Below are positions 13,018 to 22,463 of a stretch of DNA of 64,000 nucleotides, one piece after another. The position numbers and the translations under genes are program-made. Source of the stretch: Rhabdochlamydiaceae bacterium (GTDB taxonomy: Bacteria > Chlamydiota > Chlamydiia > Chlamydiales > Rhabdochlamydiaceae); the NCBI GenBank assembly GCA_047459655.1, contig JAJREF010000001.1:544001-608000 (forward strand), given 5' to 3'. Each line of letters begins with the position of its first letter. Position 1 is the first letter of the stretch. The notes beneath the pieces were generated by a model. It was not told where the DNA came from and did no database searches. It was given only the letters and a program-made list of their open reading frames with translations.

Positions 13018-13240
13018 TTTATCCTTCCTGTAACCATGAAAACTATTTTTATAAAAGGCAGGTTATCACAAGCTTCTAAAAACATTAAACTTTATTACAG
13101 CTTACCTTGCCTAATACCCTAATTTTTCCTATTGACCAATGTTTTTTTAAATTGATAATAAATAAGCACTCCTGATAGATTCCTGGTCTCTTCTTATTGA
13201 AAAACGAAGAGACACAAAAATAAAAAAGAGGTTTTTTTAT

Positions 13241-13723
13241 ATGACTCAAATTTTACAAGCTTCACTACTTCGAGATGGACTTAACGCACTACAGATAGGT
13301 GCATTACGCATGCCTACTTTCTTCGCACAAATGACTGCTGCTCTTGCTGTTGGAGAAATTGCTGTCCGTTCCATAAAATCCGGGCTAGATTTCGTTGGAG
13401 TTCCAACTGGTGGAAAGCTAGCTACAAGATTGAGCGAGTGGACTTCTATGACTTATACCCAAAAAAATGATGATGGAGAAGAGGTGAAAGTCAAAGTAAA
13501 CTTCCTAAGACCTTATGAAAAAGTGAGTGCACAACAATTAGCTACTGTCGCTTTAGTTGCTGGCCTGTTTGGAAACGTTGGTGCAACAGCAATTGACTTT
13601 GCTTTTGGCCCAGCTCCTGCAATTTATAATAGAGTACTTAGCTTTTTAGGAAATATTCGCGTCGAAAGCGGTTCGGTACACCCCTTAGTTAGTTACGTTT
13701 CTTCTTTTGTTTATAAAGCATAA
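13241..13723 (+). CDS. Hypothetical protein with hydrophobic segments
   Basis: 160-aa ORF with GAGG RBS and downstream terminator. Confidence 0.7.
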   Translation: MTQILQASLLRDGLNALQIGALRMPTFFAQMTAALAVGEIAVRSIKSGLDFVGVPTGGKLATRLSEWTSMTYTQKNDDGEEVKVKVNFLRPYEKVSAQQLATVALVAGLFGNVGATAIDFAFGPAPAIYNRVLSFLGNIRVESGSVHPLVSYVSSFVYKA

Positions 13724-13738
13724 GCGTATAGTTTAACT

Positions 13739-13775
13739 TCAGGGACTGTTTATTTAAGTCCCTGATTCTTTCTTC
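13739..13775 (+). terminator. Intrinsic terminator
   Basis: TCAGGGACT-loop-AGTCCCTGA followed by TTCTTTCTT. Confidence 0.7.
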
Positions 13776-13779
13776 TGTC

Positions 13780-13922
13780 ATGAGTCTATCTCGAAATTAA
13801 AAAACAATTTATTTTTGATGATTTTCGTTCATGTCTAAAGCTCGTTTTTGTGGACAGTGTGAGCACACATGGCCAAAAAAAGGGCAAAAACAAATATTTT
13901 CTTAATTTCGAGATAGTCTCAT
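13780..13922. mobile_element. MITE-like element, family E (143 bp)
   Basis: Terminal IR ATGAGTCTATCTCGAAATTAA / TTAATTTCGAGATAGTCTCAT (20/21). Confidence 0.7.
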
Positions 13923-13955
13923 AGATCATACAAATAAATTTCAAAGTGCATTTAA

Positions 13956-14286
13956 ATAACCTCTGGATAAGTGCTTTGTCGGAGATTTCTGATCAGTTTT
14001 TCGAAGACGACAATTTTGAAGAACGCAGCTAACATGGAGAATGTTAGCAAGTTCGAAAAATCTAGTATTCGCAAAAATTGGCGGCAAAATTCGGCAAATG
14101 AATTGTTTGAGACCTTTCTACAACTCTGGCAAATCGAAAAAATCGAAGATTTTTTTGCAAATTTTTGATTTTATATCGAAGACATACTCAATAGAGTAGG
14201 CAAGATATGAAAAATAAAATCTGCGGAAAAAGCGCGATTTTAGCGGTTTACCAGAGTTGTGCAGAGGTCTCTTGCCCAGAGGCTAC
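13956..14286 (+). mobile_element. MITE family A copy, interrupted near its right end by a family B element; TTAA on both flanks
   Basis: Body matches 24917-25078; TTAA at 13952-13955 and 14287-14290. Confidence 0.85.
14109..14271 (+). mobile_element. MITE family B (163 bp), nested in family A
   Basis: TIR GAGACCTTTCTACAACTCTGG / CCAGAGTTGTGCAGAGGTCTC; homologous to 45243-45405 and 47040-47202. Confidence 0.85.
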
Positions 14287-14432
14287 TTAACAAAAGGGGG
14301 AACTCTTTGTAAAAAGTTTTTCCTATCTAGGAGATCTCTGCATCACTAGTGAAGCAAAAAAATCTTTAAGCACCTGAACGAAGTGGGTTAAAGGATTTCG
14401 ATTTAAAGGATTTCTTAAAACCACCTTTTTTA

Positions 14433-15980
14433 TTAGGAAAGGGTGGTCTTGTTTTTCTTAAAGCGATCTCTTTGTTCCATTGCGTACTTAACAACTCCCT
14501 CTTGTGACTGGAAGTCTCTTTGGACTGGGGTAAAATCTTTATCTGGCGATTTAAAGCTTCTCTCTGAAGATCTAGGCTCAAAACCTCTGTCTCTTGACTT
14601 GAAGCCTCTATCTCTAGGCTGAAAACCTCTGTCTGAAGATCGAGTGTTTCTATCTGGCGGGCTAGAGTCTCTATCCGCATATCTAGATTCTCTATCTGAA
14701 GGTCTAAAACCTCTACCGGAAGATCGTGCATCTCTTTCACGAGGTTTAAAACCTCTACTGGAAGAGCGAGAACCCCTCCCAGAGGATCTAAAGCCTCTTT
14801 CTTCAGAAGGAGCTGAGTTTGTTGAAACAGTCAGTGGAGGAAGGGGGCCTGAAGCAGTTTGTACATTAATTCTTTGGCCTGTAAAACGCTCGATTTGCTT
14901 CACAAGTGACATCTCTTTTGTGTGAGCAAATGTATATGCAATACCTGTAGCTCCAGCTCTTCCTGTTCTACCAATGCGGTGTACATAATCTTGCACATTG
15001 TCTGGTAAATCAAAGTTAATCACATGGCTGATTGCTGGAACATCAATTCCTCTTGCTGCAACATCTGTTGCAACTAAGATTTTGATTTTTCCTTCGCGTA
15101 GGAGTGCCATTGTGCGTGTGCGCTGTCTTTGTTTCATGTCACCATGAAGAGCAGCCGCTTGAAATCCGCCATCCGTCAAATGTCTCTCCAACTTATCTGC
15201 TTGCCGTTTTGTTGCTGTAAAAACAACCACTTGCTGAACAGAAGGATCAACAAGGAGACTCTGCAATAACCTGTATTTATGGTCGATATTAGTAACAGTG
15301 AACAATCTCTGGTCAATTTTTTTCTGAGCAGAAAGATCGATAGCAACGCTGATCTCTACAGGTTTATTCAAAAGACGTTGAGATAATCCTAAAACGCTTC
15401 CTTTAAGGGTAGCAGAAAACATCAATGTCTGACGTGCTTTAGGTGTTGCCTTAGCAATTTGTTCCACGGCATGGATAAAGCCCATATCGAGCATCCGATC
15501 CGCTTCATCAAGGATAAGCACCTCTAATCTTGAAAAATCAACACGCCCTTGTTCCATATGATCGATTAAACGACCCGGTGTGGCTACAAGAATATCAAAG
15601 GGTCGAGAAAGGTTTTTATTCTGCTCAGGATAAGGAGATCCCCCGTAAATACAGACCGTTTTCACAAAAGGAAGGTATTTGGTGTATTTGACGGTCTCTG
15701 TAGCAACTTGCATCGCAAGCTCTCTTGTCGGAACGAGTACTAAAATACGAGGGCCTCTTCCTTTAGAAGGAGAGGGCTCCACAAGACGGTTAAGTGAAGG
15801 AAGCATAAAGGCAGCCGTCTTTCCTGTACCAGTCTGCGCTGCAGCTCTTATATCTAACCCCTTGACAATCTGAGGGATCGCTTGCGCCTGGATCGGTGTA
15901 GCTTCATTATAGCCAAGCTCTTGAAGCGCCTTGAGAATATCTGAATGCAAAAACAAATTTTTAAATGACATATCTTCCAT
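14433..15980 (-). CDS. DEAD-box RNA helicase (RhlE-like) with repetitive C-terminal tail; true stop may be 14366
   Basis: AQTGTGKT, PTRELA, DEAD, SAT, ARGID, HRIGRTGRAG. Confidence 0.95.
   Translation of the reverse strand: MEDMSFKNLFLHSDILKALQELGYNEATPIQAQAIPQIVKGLDIRAAAQTGTGKTAAFMLPSLNRLVEPSPSKGRGPRILVLVPTRELAMQVATETVKYTKYLPFVKTVCIYGGSPYPEQNKNLSRPFDILVATPGRLIDHMEQGRVDFSRLEVLILDEADRMLDMGFIHAVEQIAKATPKARQTLMFSATLKGSVLGLSQRLLNKPVEISVAIDLSAQKKIDQRLFTVTNIDHKYRLLQSLLVDPSVQQVVVFTATKRQADKLERHLTDGGFQAAALHGDMKQRQRTRTMALLREGKIKILVATDVAARGIDVPAISHVINFDLPDNVQDYVHRIGRTGRAGATGIAYTFAHTKEMSLVKQIERFTGQRINVQTASGPLPPLTVSTNSAPSEERGFRSSGRGSRSSSRGFKPRERDARSSGRGFRPSDRESRYADRDSSPPDRNTRSSDRGFQPRDRGFKSRDRGFEPRSSERSFKSPDKDFTPVQRDFQSQEGVVKYAMEQRDRFKKNKTTLS
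14498..14798 (-). repeat. Degenerate 21-nt tandem repeat (~14 units) encoding RGF(K/R)(P/S)(R/S)D heptapeptides
   Basis: RGFRSSG RGSRSSS RGFKPRE RDARSSG RGFRPSD RESRYAD RDSSPPD RNTRSSD RGFQPRD RGFKSRD RGFEPRS... Confidence 0.85.
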
Positions 15981-16191
15981 TGATTATAAATGTAATGGGG
16001 CGATTATAAAACAATTGATCTATAAAAAATAGCTTATTCACACAAATTCCAGAAATAAATTAAAGATTTTTTAGATATTTAATCTTGAAGAAAAATCAGA
16101 ACACTCGATTAAATAGACCTTCGATGTAGTAACATTCGGGAAAAATAATAAAGCTGAAACACGTCTTTATTTTTCCGTATGGTATGAGTAG

Positions 16192-16218
16192 AAAAAAGCC
16201 CTCTATTCTAAAGAGGGC
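16192..16218 (-). terminator. Intrinsic terminator for the 16233-16646 gene
   Basis: GCCCTCT-ATTCTAA-AGAGGGC with an A6 tract on + (U tract on -). Confidence 0.7.
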
Positions 16219-16232
16219 CATAAACTAAGATA

Positions 16233-16646
16233 TTAAGGGATGCGCGCTGCAACAGCACATGTTGCTTGAGATAGGCATCTCACAGCCCCATTAACCAAGC
16301 AGCTACTGCTAGCAACTTTATAAGCTATAACACTTATTAAAAATGCCGAGGCGATCTTCTGGCCTAGCTGTTTTGCCGTTTTAGTTGATAGACGCACACC
16401 AACACTATCACTAAAGGCATTTTGGGTTAATGTTGAAAATCCTTTTTTTATCTTTCCTGGCCAGGATTCTGGGAGCCGATCTAATGCACTTTCACATAAA
16501 TAACTCACCCCTATCTTTTCAGCAGCAACATTTATAACTTTTCTAACTATATCGAGCAAATCATCCGCCGCTTTAACTGTGGCATTAACAGCTACATAAG
16601 TAGCAACAACAGCAGCACCTTCGCGAGCAATTGTTCTGATATCCAT
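16233..16646 (-). CDS. Hypothetical protein
   Basis: 137-aa ORF with strong AGGAGG RBS and terminator. Confidence 0.7.
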   Translation of the reverse strand: MDIRTIAREGAAVVATYVAVNATVKAADDLLDIVRKVINVAAEKIGVSYLCESALDRLPESWPGKIKKGFSTLTQNAFSDSVGVRLSTKTAKQLGQKIASAFLISVIAYKVASSSCLVNGAVRCLSQATCAVAARIP

Positions 16647-16748
16647 AAAAACCTCCTGTTAAATTTTACTTTCCGATCTCCCTAAGAAATCAGAATTAGA
16701 GCGGATGTTAACAGAAAATGATTTAGATACATACAAAAAAACAGACTC

Positions 16749-18213
16749 TGTTAGCCCAAAATGATAATGTCCTCTTTCTGCTAAATAGAAATGTCCTCTT
16801 TTGAAGATACTGACCTCATTCAAATTTGTTTTTGAAAGGAGGTGAGAGTGAAGGAGTTGATAACTATGAGCAGAAGAGAATTAGAAAGAGTTGAAATGAT
16901 GCGCAATTTAAAAAGAAAAAGCTTTTCCCAGATAGAAGTGGGACAACGTCTGGGGATAACAGCCAGACAAGTTAGACGTTTAAAACAAGCTTACGAACTG
17001 CATGGAGAAGCTGGCTTAGTTTCCAAAAGAGAGGGCAGCCTAGTAATCGCAGGTTAACAGAAGCTTTTAGATCACAAGTCCTAAAGCTGATTTCCGCTCA
17101 TTATGCAGATTATGGCCCTACGTTAGCTCAAGAAAAGTTAGAGGAAAAACATAAGCTTACATTGTCTATAGAGACGCTTAGGAAATGGATGATAGAAGAA
17201 AATATTTGGTCTCCTAAAAAAGCTAAAAAGGCAGTTATCCACCCGATGAGACCAAGAAGGAGTCAGTATGGAGATCTTGTACAAATAGACGGATCTCCCC
17301 ATGACTGGTTTGAAAATAGAGGACCCAGGTGTACCCTTTTAGTATACATTGATGATGCAACTAGTAGACTTGTCGAGCTGTTTTTTTCTCTTGGTGAAAC
17401 AACAGAATCTTATTTTAAAGCGACAAAAAGGTATCTAAAGAGATGTGGAAAACCACTTGCTTTCTACAGCGATAAATATGGAGTTTTTAGAGTCAACCAC
17501 AAAGAAGCTGTATCTGGTAATGGAGTGACAGAGTTTGGAAGAGTCCTAAAAAAACTCGATATCAAGCTCATTTGTGCCAATACACCCCAGGCAAAAGGAA
17601 GAGTTGAAAAAGCCAATCAAACATTGCAAGATCGTTTAGTCAAGGAGATGAGAGAAAAAAATATTTCAACTATTGAAAAGGCAAATGAATGGATTCCCGA
17701 GTTCATAGAGAAGTATAACAAAAAATTTGCCGTAGCTCCTAGAAACGCAGAAGATGCTCATCGAGCTTTAAAACCAGAAGAGAACTTAGAAGAGATTTTC
17801 AGTTACCAGGAAATCCGATGTCTCTCTAAAAACTTAAGCTTCCAATACAAAAACAGTCTTTATCAGATCGATAGTGAAAGATCATCATACACTCTAAGGA
17901 AAGCAAAAGTCATGCTTCTAGAAGATCTCAATGGACGGGTAAGAGTGCTGTATAAGGGCAAGGAGTTAAAATACAAGATATATGGGGAAGAACCGCAAGG
18001 GAAAATTGTGATGTCCAAAGAAATAGATTTAGCACTTAATTGGATAAACAAAAAACCTCAAAAACCTTCAAGGAGTCACCCGTGGAGATAAGAGAAGAGC
18101 TTTTGAAAATGGGTATTTTAGATAAAAAACGGACAAGTCCAATGAAGATCAGAACATCCAAAGAGGACATTTCTAAATTGGAGAAAAGCGGACATTTCTA
18201 TTTTGCGTTGACA
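16749..18213 (+). mobile_element. IS1202-family (ex-ISNCY) insertion sequence, copy 1, with 15-bp target duplication CAAAAAAACAGACTC
   Basis: TGT...ACA ends, repeated AATGTCC/GGACATT subterminal motifs, DR at 16734-16748 and 18214-18228. Confidence 0.92.
16842..18091 (+). CDS. DDE transposase, IS1202/ISNCY type (frameshift ~17027)
   Basis: HTH N-terminus, QIDGSPHDWFE, IDDATS, YSDKYGVF, PQAKGRVE, C-terminal HPWR. Confidence 0.92.
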
Positions 18214-18291
18214 CAAAAAAACAGACTCTTCTCTTTGCAAATTTACAACTCCTACTTGTATTAAATTATTTTCCGCGCCATTCTTTTTTGT

Positions 18292-19290
18292 ATGATGATA
18301 ACTGTACCATTTATTCGTTTGAGGCGTCTTAGACAACATCCTGTGCTAAGGGAATTAATCCGAGAAACAGATGTGCAGGTTAACGATTTAATTGCTCCGG
18401 TATTTGTTAAGGGAAGTGAAGGAAATAAACAAGCGATTGCATCGATGCCGGGATGTTATCAAATTCCACTCAATTGTTTATTGGAAGAAATTGAGGAAAT
18501 TCAGGCGCTTGGGATCTCTTCTGTTATATTGTTTGGGGTTCCTCCCTATAAAGATCTCTATGGATCGAACGCCTATCATGAACATGGAGTGATCCAACAA
18601 GCCATTAGAATCATCAAAAATGCATCATCTAAGCTGCTTGTGATTTCAGATATCTGCTGTTGTGAGTACACAAATCATGGACATTGTGGCTTCATTAGAG
18701 AAAACAATTCAACCTTTGTAATCGATAATGATAAGACATTAGAGCTGCTGATGAAACAAGCTATTAGTCATGCACAAGCTGGAGCCGATGTGATCGCCCC
18801 TAGTGGAATGATGGATGGGATGGTAAAATCCATCCGTTACGGTTTAGATAGTGCAGGATTTGAAGAAATTCCCATTTTGAGCTACTCCGTTAAATACGAT
18901 TCTTGCTTGTATGGACCTTTTAGATCAGCTGCAGAAGGCGCTCCTGTTTTTGGAGATCGAAGCACCCATTTCATGGATCCTGCCAATAGTAGAGAAGCAC
19001 TGCGTGAGGCCCAGTTAGATATAGATGAAGGGGTCGACATGCTCATGGTCAAACCCGCCCACAGCTATTTAGATGTGATTTACCGTCTAAAAGAAAGCTT
19101 TCCCTCTATCCCCCTAGGAGCCTACCACACAAGTGGTGAGTTTTGCATGATTAAGGCAGCTGCTGAAAAGGGGTGGATAGATGAAAAAAAAGCCGTCTTT
19201 GAAATACTTAGAGGGATGCGAAGAGCTGGCGCTGACTTTATTATAACCTACTACGCTAAAGAATTTGCAAAATGGTTAGCACTGACATAA
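18292..19290 (+). CDS. hemB: Porphobilinogen synthase (ALA dehydratase)
   Basis: RLRRLR, DICCCEYTNHGHCG Zn site, APSGMMDG, LMVKP, SGEF. Confidence 0.96.
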   Translation: MMITVPFIRLRRLRQHPVLRELIRETDVQVNDLIAPVFVKGSEGNKQAIASMPGCYQIPLNCLLEEIEEIQALGISSVILFGVPPYKDLYGSNAYHEHGVIQQAIRIIKNASSKLLVISDICCCEYTNHGHCGFIRENNSTFVIDNDKTLELLMKQAISHAQAGADVIAPSGMMDGMVKSIRYGLDSAGFEEIPILSYSVKYDSCLYGPFRSAAEGAPVFGDRSTHFMDPANSREALREAQLDIDEGVDMLMVKPAHSYLDVIYRLKESFPSIPLGAYHTSGEFCMIKAAAEKGWIDEKKAVFEILRGMRRAGADFIITYYAKEFAKWLALT

Positions 19291-19299
19291 CTTTTCTTC

Positions 19300-19660
19300 C
19301 ATTTTTTTAATTGCACCTCTGTCACTCCAAGACCTACAATGCGACTAAGGAACTGGGCAAGAATAATTGCTGCATTTGGACTGCGCCAAAGCCCCGTGGT
19401 TGAGCGATCGTAAGCCACCTAGTATCAGACCGATCGCTCAACCACGGGGCTTTGGCGCAGTCCAAATGCAGCAATTATTCTTGCCCACTACTATCTATTT
19501 CTCTAAGGTCTTCTTCTGTGTCGATAATAAAGGAGGTACGGTCCTCTTTTTTTACTAATTTTTTAGCTTGAGAAAGAATATATTTATCTAGCAATTTCCC
19601 CACCTTACCCTTAACGAGGATTTCACGAATAAGGGCTCTACGCTTTTTGGCCGACAAAAG
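19300..19660 (-). pseudogene. Gene remnant resembling the C-terminus of Fic-family proteins, split by a palindromic element
   Basis: RRALIREIL...EEDLREID continues as LSRIVGLGVTEVQLKKW on the far side of the 19354-19487 palindrome; the family call is from recall only. Confidence 0.45.
19354..19487. repeat. Perfect foldback palindrome with 57-bp arms and 20-nt loop (family C)
   Basis: 19354-19410 is the exact reverse complement of 19431-19487. Confidence 0.95.
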
Positions 19661-19732
19661 GGGGAATAGGAGGTTTTCAGCATTTTATCGGCCATTTAAT
19701 ACCTCTTTTATAAAAGTCAATTTCTTAATATA

Positions 19733-20964
19733 ATGTTTCCCTCTACCACCAACGGACAAATTTTTATGGGCAAACAAACAGAACTCAAAGCTTTATTTTT
19801 GATTGTCACTATTTTCATTGCAGCTTGCATTGAAACAGATATCTACTTGCCCGCTTTTCCAGATATGATGACCTGGTTTGCTGTTTCTGAAAGCGCTATC
19901 CAAGGTCTCCTCACTTGGAACTTTGTAGGAATCTGCATTGCAAGCCCTCTCTATGGGCCTCTTGCCGATGCCTTTGGTCGTAAAAAACCCTTGCTCATCG
20001 CTCTAGGGATGTTTCTAATTGGAAGTCTCATTACAATTTTTGCCACTAACCTCGATCAGATGCTAGCGGGTAGAGTCCTTCAAGGAGTAGGTAGCGGTGG
20101 ATGTTTTACGTTGGGAACAGCGATCATATTTGATGTCTTTCAAAAAGAAAAAGCAGTCCGAGCGCTTAACTCACTTAATATGATCATCCCCCTAATCATG
20201 GCAGGAGCTCCTATATTAGGGGGCTATCTCAACCATGCATTTGGGTTCCGTTCAAATTTTCTTGCCATTGCCATTTTTGTAACAATTGGCCTGATCATAA
20301 CTCTGATCTCCTTTGAAGAGACATTACCTAAAGAGAAACGGATGCCTCTTCAGTTTAAGTCTGTTGTAAGAGATTTTAAGGAAGCTTTCTTGTGCGCCCC
20401 CTTCTGGCAACTTACTTTTATGATCTGCTTAATTTTTGGATCCTATATTGCCTTCCTATCAGGGACCTCTGTTCTCTTTGTGGTGGAGTTTGGGATGAGT
20501 AAATCTATCTTCCCTTTTGTTCAAGCAGCTATCTTGGGTGGCTGGGTAGCAGGAAGTCTTATCTTAAATTCCTCTATTGCTAAATGGGGCATTAAAAAAG
20601 TCAAAAAAATGGGTCTGATGGCATGTGTAGCTGGAGGATTAGAATTAGCGATTGTAACCCTCCTTGCTCCCACAGACGGTTATCTTCTTACGATTGGCAT
20701 GACGGTCTACGCTTTTGGAGCTAATTGGCTCTTTGGGCTGTATTTCCCCGAAAGCATGGCAATCCTCCCCACATCAAAGGTACTGCGGCAAGCCTAATTA
20801 CAAGTGCTCGCTTGCTGTCTGCCGCGCTTATTGTTGGATTAGCAAGTAGCCTTTACAACGGAACCATCTATCCTCTAACAGGGATTGTTGTGGGATCCAT
20901 TTTGATTATGCTTCCCCTACTTCGGATGTATGAAAGCAAAAAAGCTACCGCTCTCTCTCCATAA
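19733..20964 (+). CDS. MFS drug efflux transporter, Bcr/CflA (DHA1) type (frameshift ~20770)
   Basis: TDIYLPAFP, GPLADAFGRKK motif A, APILGG; ~12 TM segments. Confidence 0.88.
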
Positions 20965-21571
20965 ATAGATTTAGTAATTGCTTTTCATACTCTTCTATCG
21001 GGATTAGACCAGCTTCCACGCGCCTTTGAGCCAGGAGTTCTGGATCGCACACAGGATACATCACGAGCTCACCTGCCGCCTCTACCCATTGCGTGCCATA
21101 GACCTGCGGCTCATTTCCGTACATACACACTCTATCCAGTAAATAAGCATAATTGCGAAAGGGGGCCTCTTGTTTATCAACTGCATCTTTCAAAAGAGGT
21201 AAGCACTGTTTTTGAAAATCCAGATCTTGGTGTTGAACTAAAAGCCACATTGCTTCAGCTCCTTCGAGCCCGACAAGTATTATTCCTGGCCAACCAAATT
21301 CTGCAATGATTTCTTTTAGTCTAGGAGCATGTTTTTGATCTATTTCTTGCAGCATGTTCCAATTTCGTTCAGATATAGCAATCTGTCTTACCCTCTGATC
21401 TTCAGCTTGCATCTCCAAAAGCTCTCCTTGTAGAGAAGAATGCTTTGGTTGTGTAAGGGCGCAACAAAGACCAGGAAGCGCCCTATCAAGAATGCCCTTT
21501 GAGCTTTCTGCCTCAGCAGCATACCCCATAAGACATAGACTCATACAAATAACACATAATCTACCCACCAT
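20945..21571 (-). CDS. Exported protein, DUF6624-like
   Basis: Signal peptide; EDQRVR, GWPG..VG..GA.A.WLLVQH, AYLLDR..PQVYGTQ, RRVEAGL. Confidence 0.75.
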   Translation of the reverse strand: MVGRLCVICMSLCLMGYAAEAESSKGILDRALPGLCCALTQPKHSSLQGELLEMQAEDQRVRQIAISERNWNMLQEIDQKHAPRLKEIIAEFGWPGIILVGLEGAEAMWLLVQHQDLDFQKQCLPLLKDAVDKQEAPFRNYAYLLDRVCMYGNEPQVYGTQWVEAAGELVMYPVCDPELLAQRRVEAGLIPIEEYEKQLLNLFMERER

Positions 21572-22463
21572 TGGGCCAACACTCCTCATAGGAAAAATCA
21601 AACTCATCGGTAAACCCCGCTTTTTCTTTCATTATTCGCTTGCGCTCGCCCATTTTAGCTCTTTGGTCGATTTCCTGCATCTCTTCTATGGCAAGAAAAA
21701 AATCAGCGATTTCCTTGTTTTCGTGTATGTGTTTCGCTTTTGTACTGCTCGGTAGAGGCATACATAGATGTTGAATAATCCATCTTAGAGCTAATTGTGC
21801 AGGCGTCTTACCATATTTTTTGGCTATTTTCGCAATGAGCGCATCATCACAAATACGTCCTCTGCCGAGTGGGGACCAGGCTTGCACAGCAATACACTTC
21901 TCTTTACAGAGCTTTAGTAGTTCAAAATCACAAAAGTAAGGGTGCATCTCCACTTGAACCCAAGAAATCGGAACTCCTACAGCTAAAGCTTTTTTCAAAT
22001 GGTTAAAAGAGACGTTGCTAAGCCCAATATGGCGGATTTTTTTGTCTTGTCTTAACTCCTCCATAGCACGTAATGTCTTATCAATGGGGACTTGACTATT
22101 GGGCCAATGTATTAAATACGTATCTAAATACTCTATCTGGAGCTGTTCCAACGTCTTTTCTAGATCAAGGCGTACATTTTCTGGCTGCAACATATCATGC
22201 CACACTTTTGAAATGATGTAGACATCACCACGATCTACATCCTTTAATGCTTGTGCAATCGCTTCAAAGTTGGAGTAGCGCGTTGCCGTATCGATGACAC
22301 GATAACCCGCTTCGAGCGCCTCTTTTACAGCTTGTGTGCAGATGTGACCTGTCAATGGATAAGTCCCGAATCCTATCATAGGATAACTCACCCCATCGAT
22401 CTGGCACATCCCACTTTTAGAATCTAATTCAATAGAAGCAGATAAATGCATGCTAGCTATCAT
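21561..22463 (-). CDS. Aldo/keto reductase (2,5-DKG reductase-like)
   Basis: IGFGTY, IDTATRY, LIHWP, IGLSN, AWSPLG, TPAQLALRW. Confidence 0.92.
   Translation of the reverse strand: MIASMHLSASIELDSKSGMCQIDGVSYPMIGFGTYPLTGHICTQAVKEALEAGYRVIDTATRYSNFEAIAQALKDVDRGDVYIISKVWHDMLQPENVRLDLEKTLEQLQIEYLDTYLIHWPNSQVPIDKTLRAMEELRQDKKIRHIGLSNVSFNHLKKALAVGVPISWVQVEMHPYFCDFELLKLCKEKCIAVQAWSPLGRGRICDDALIAKIAKKYGKTPAQLALRWIIQHLCMPLPSSTKAKHIHENKEIADFFLAIEEMQEIDQRAKMGERKRIMKEKAGFTDEFDFSYEECWPNGG

Noticed and set aside
13971..14168. Small ORFs within the repeats (also 48577-48843, 54236-54472, 54347-54547, 54438-54695, 19367-19558)
   Set aside because: They are translations of MITE, palindrome or tRNA sequence with no RBS or independent support
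16700..16760. XerCD (dif-like) site targeting by the IS1202-family element
   Set aside because: No recognisable xrs site next to either copy, and the DRs are long rather than the 5-6 bp of the xrs-targeting subgroup
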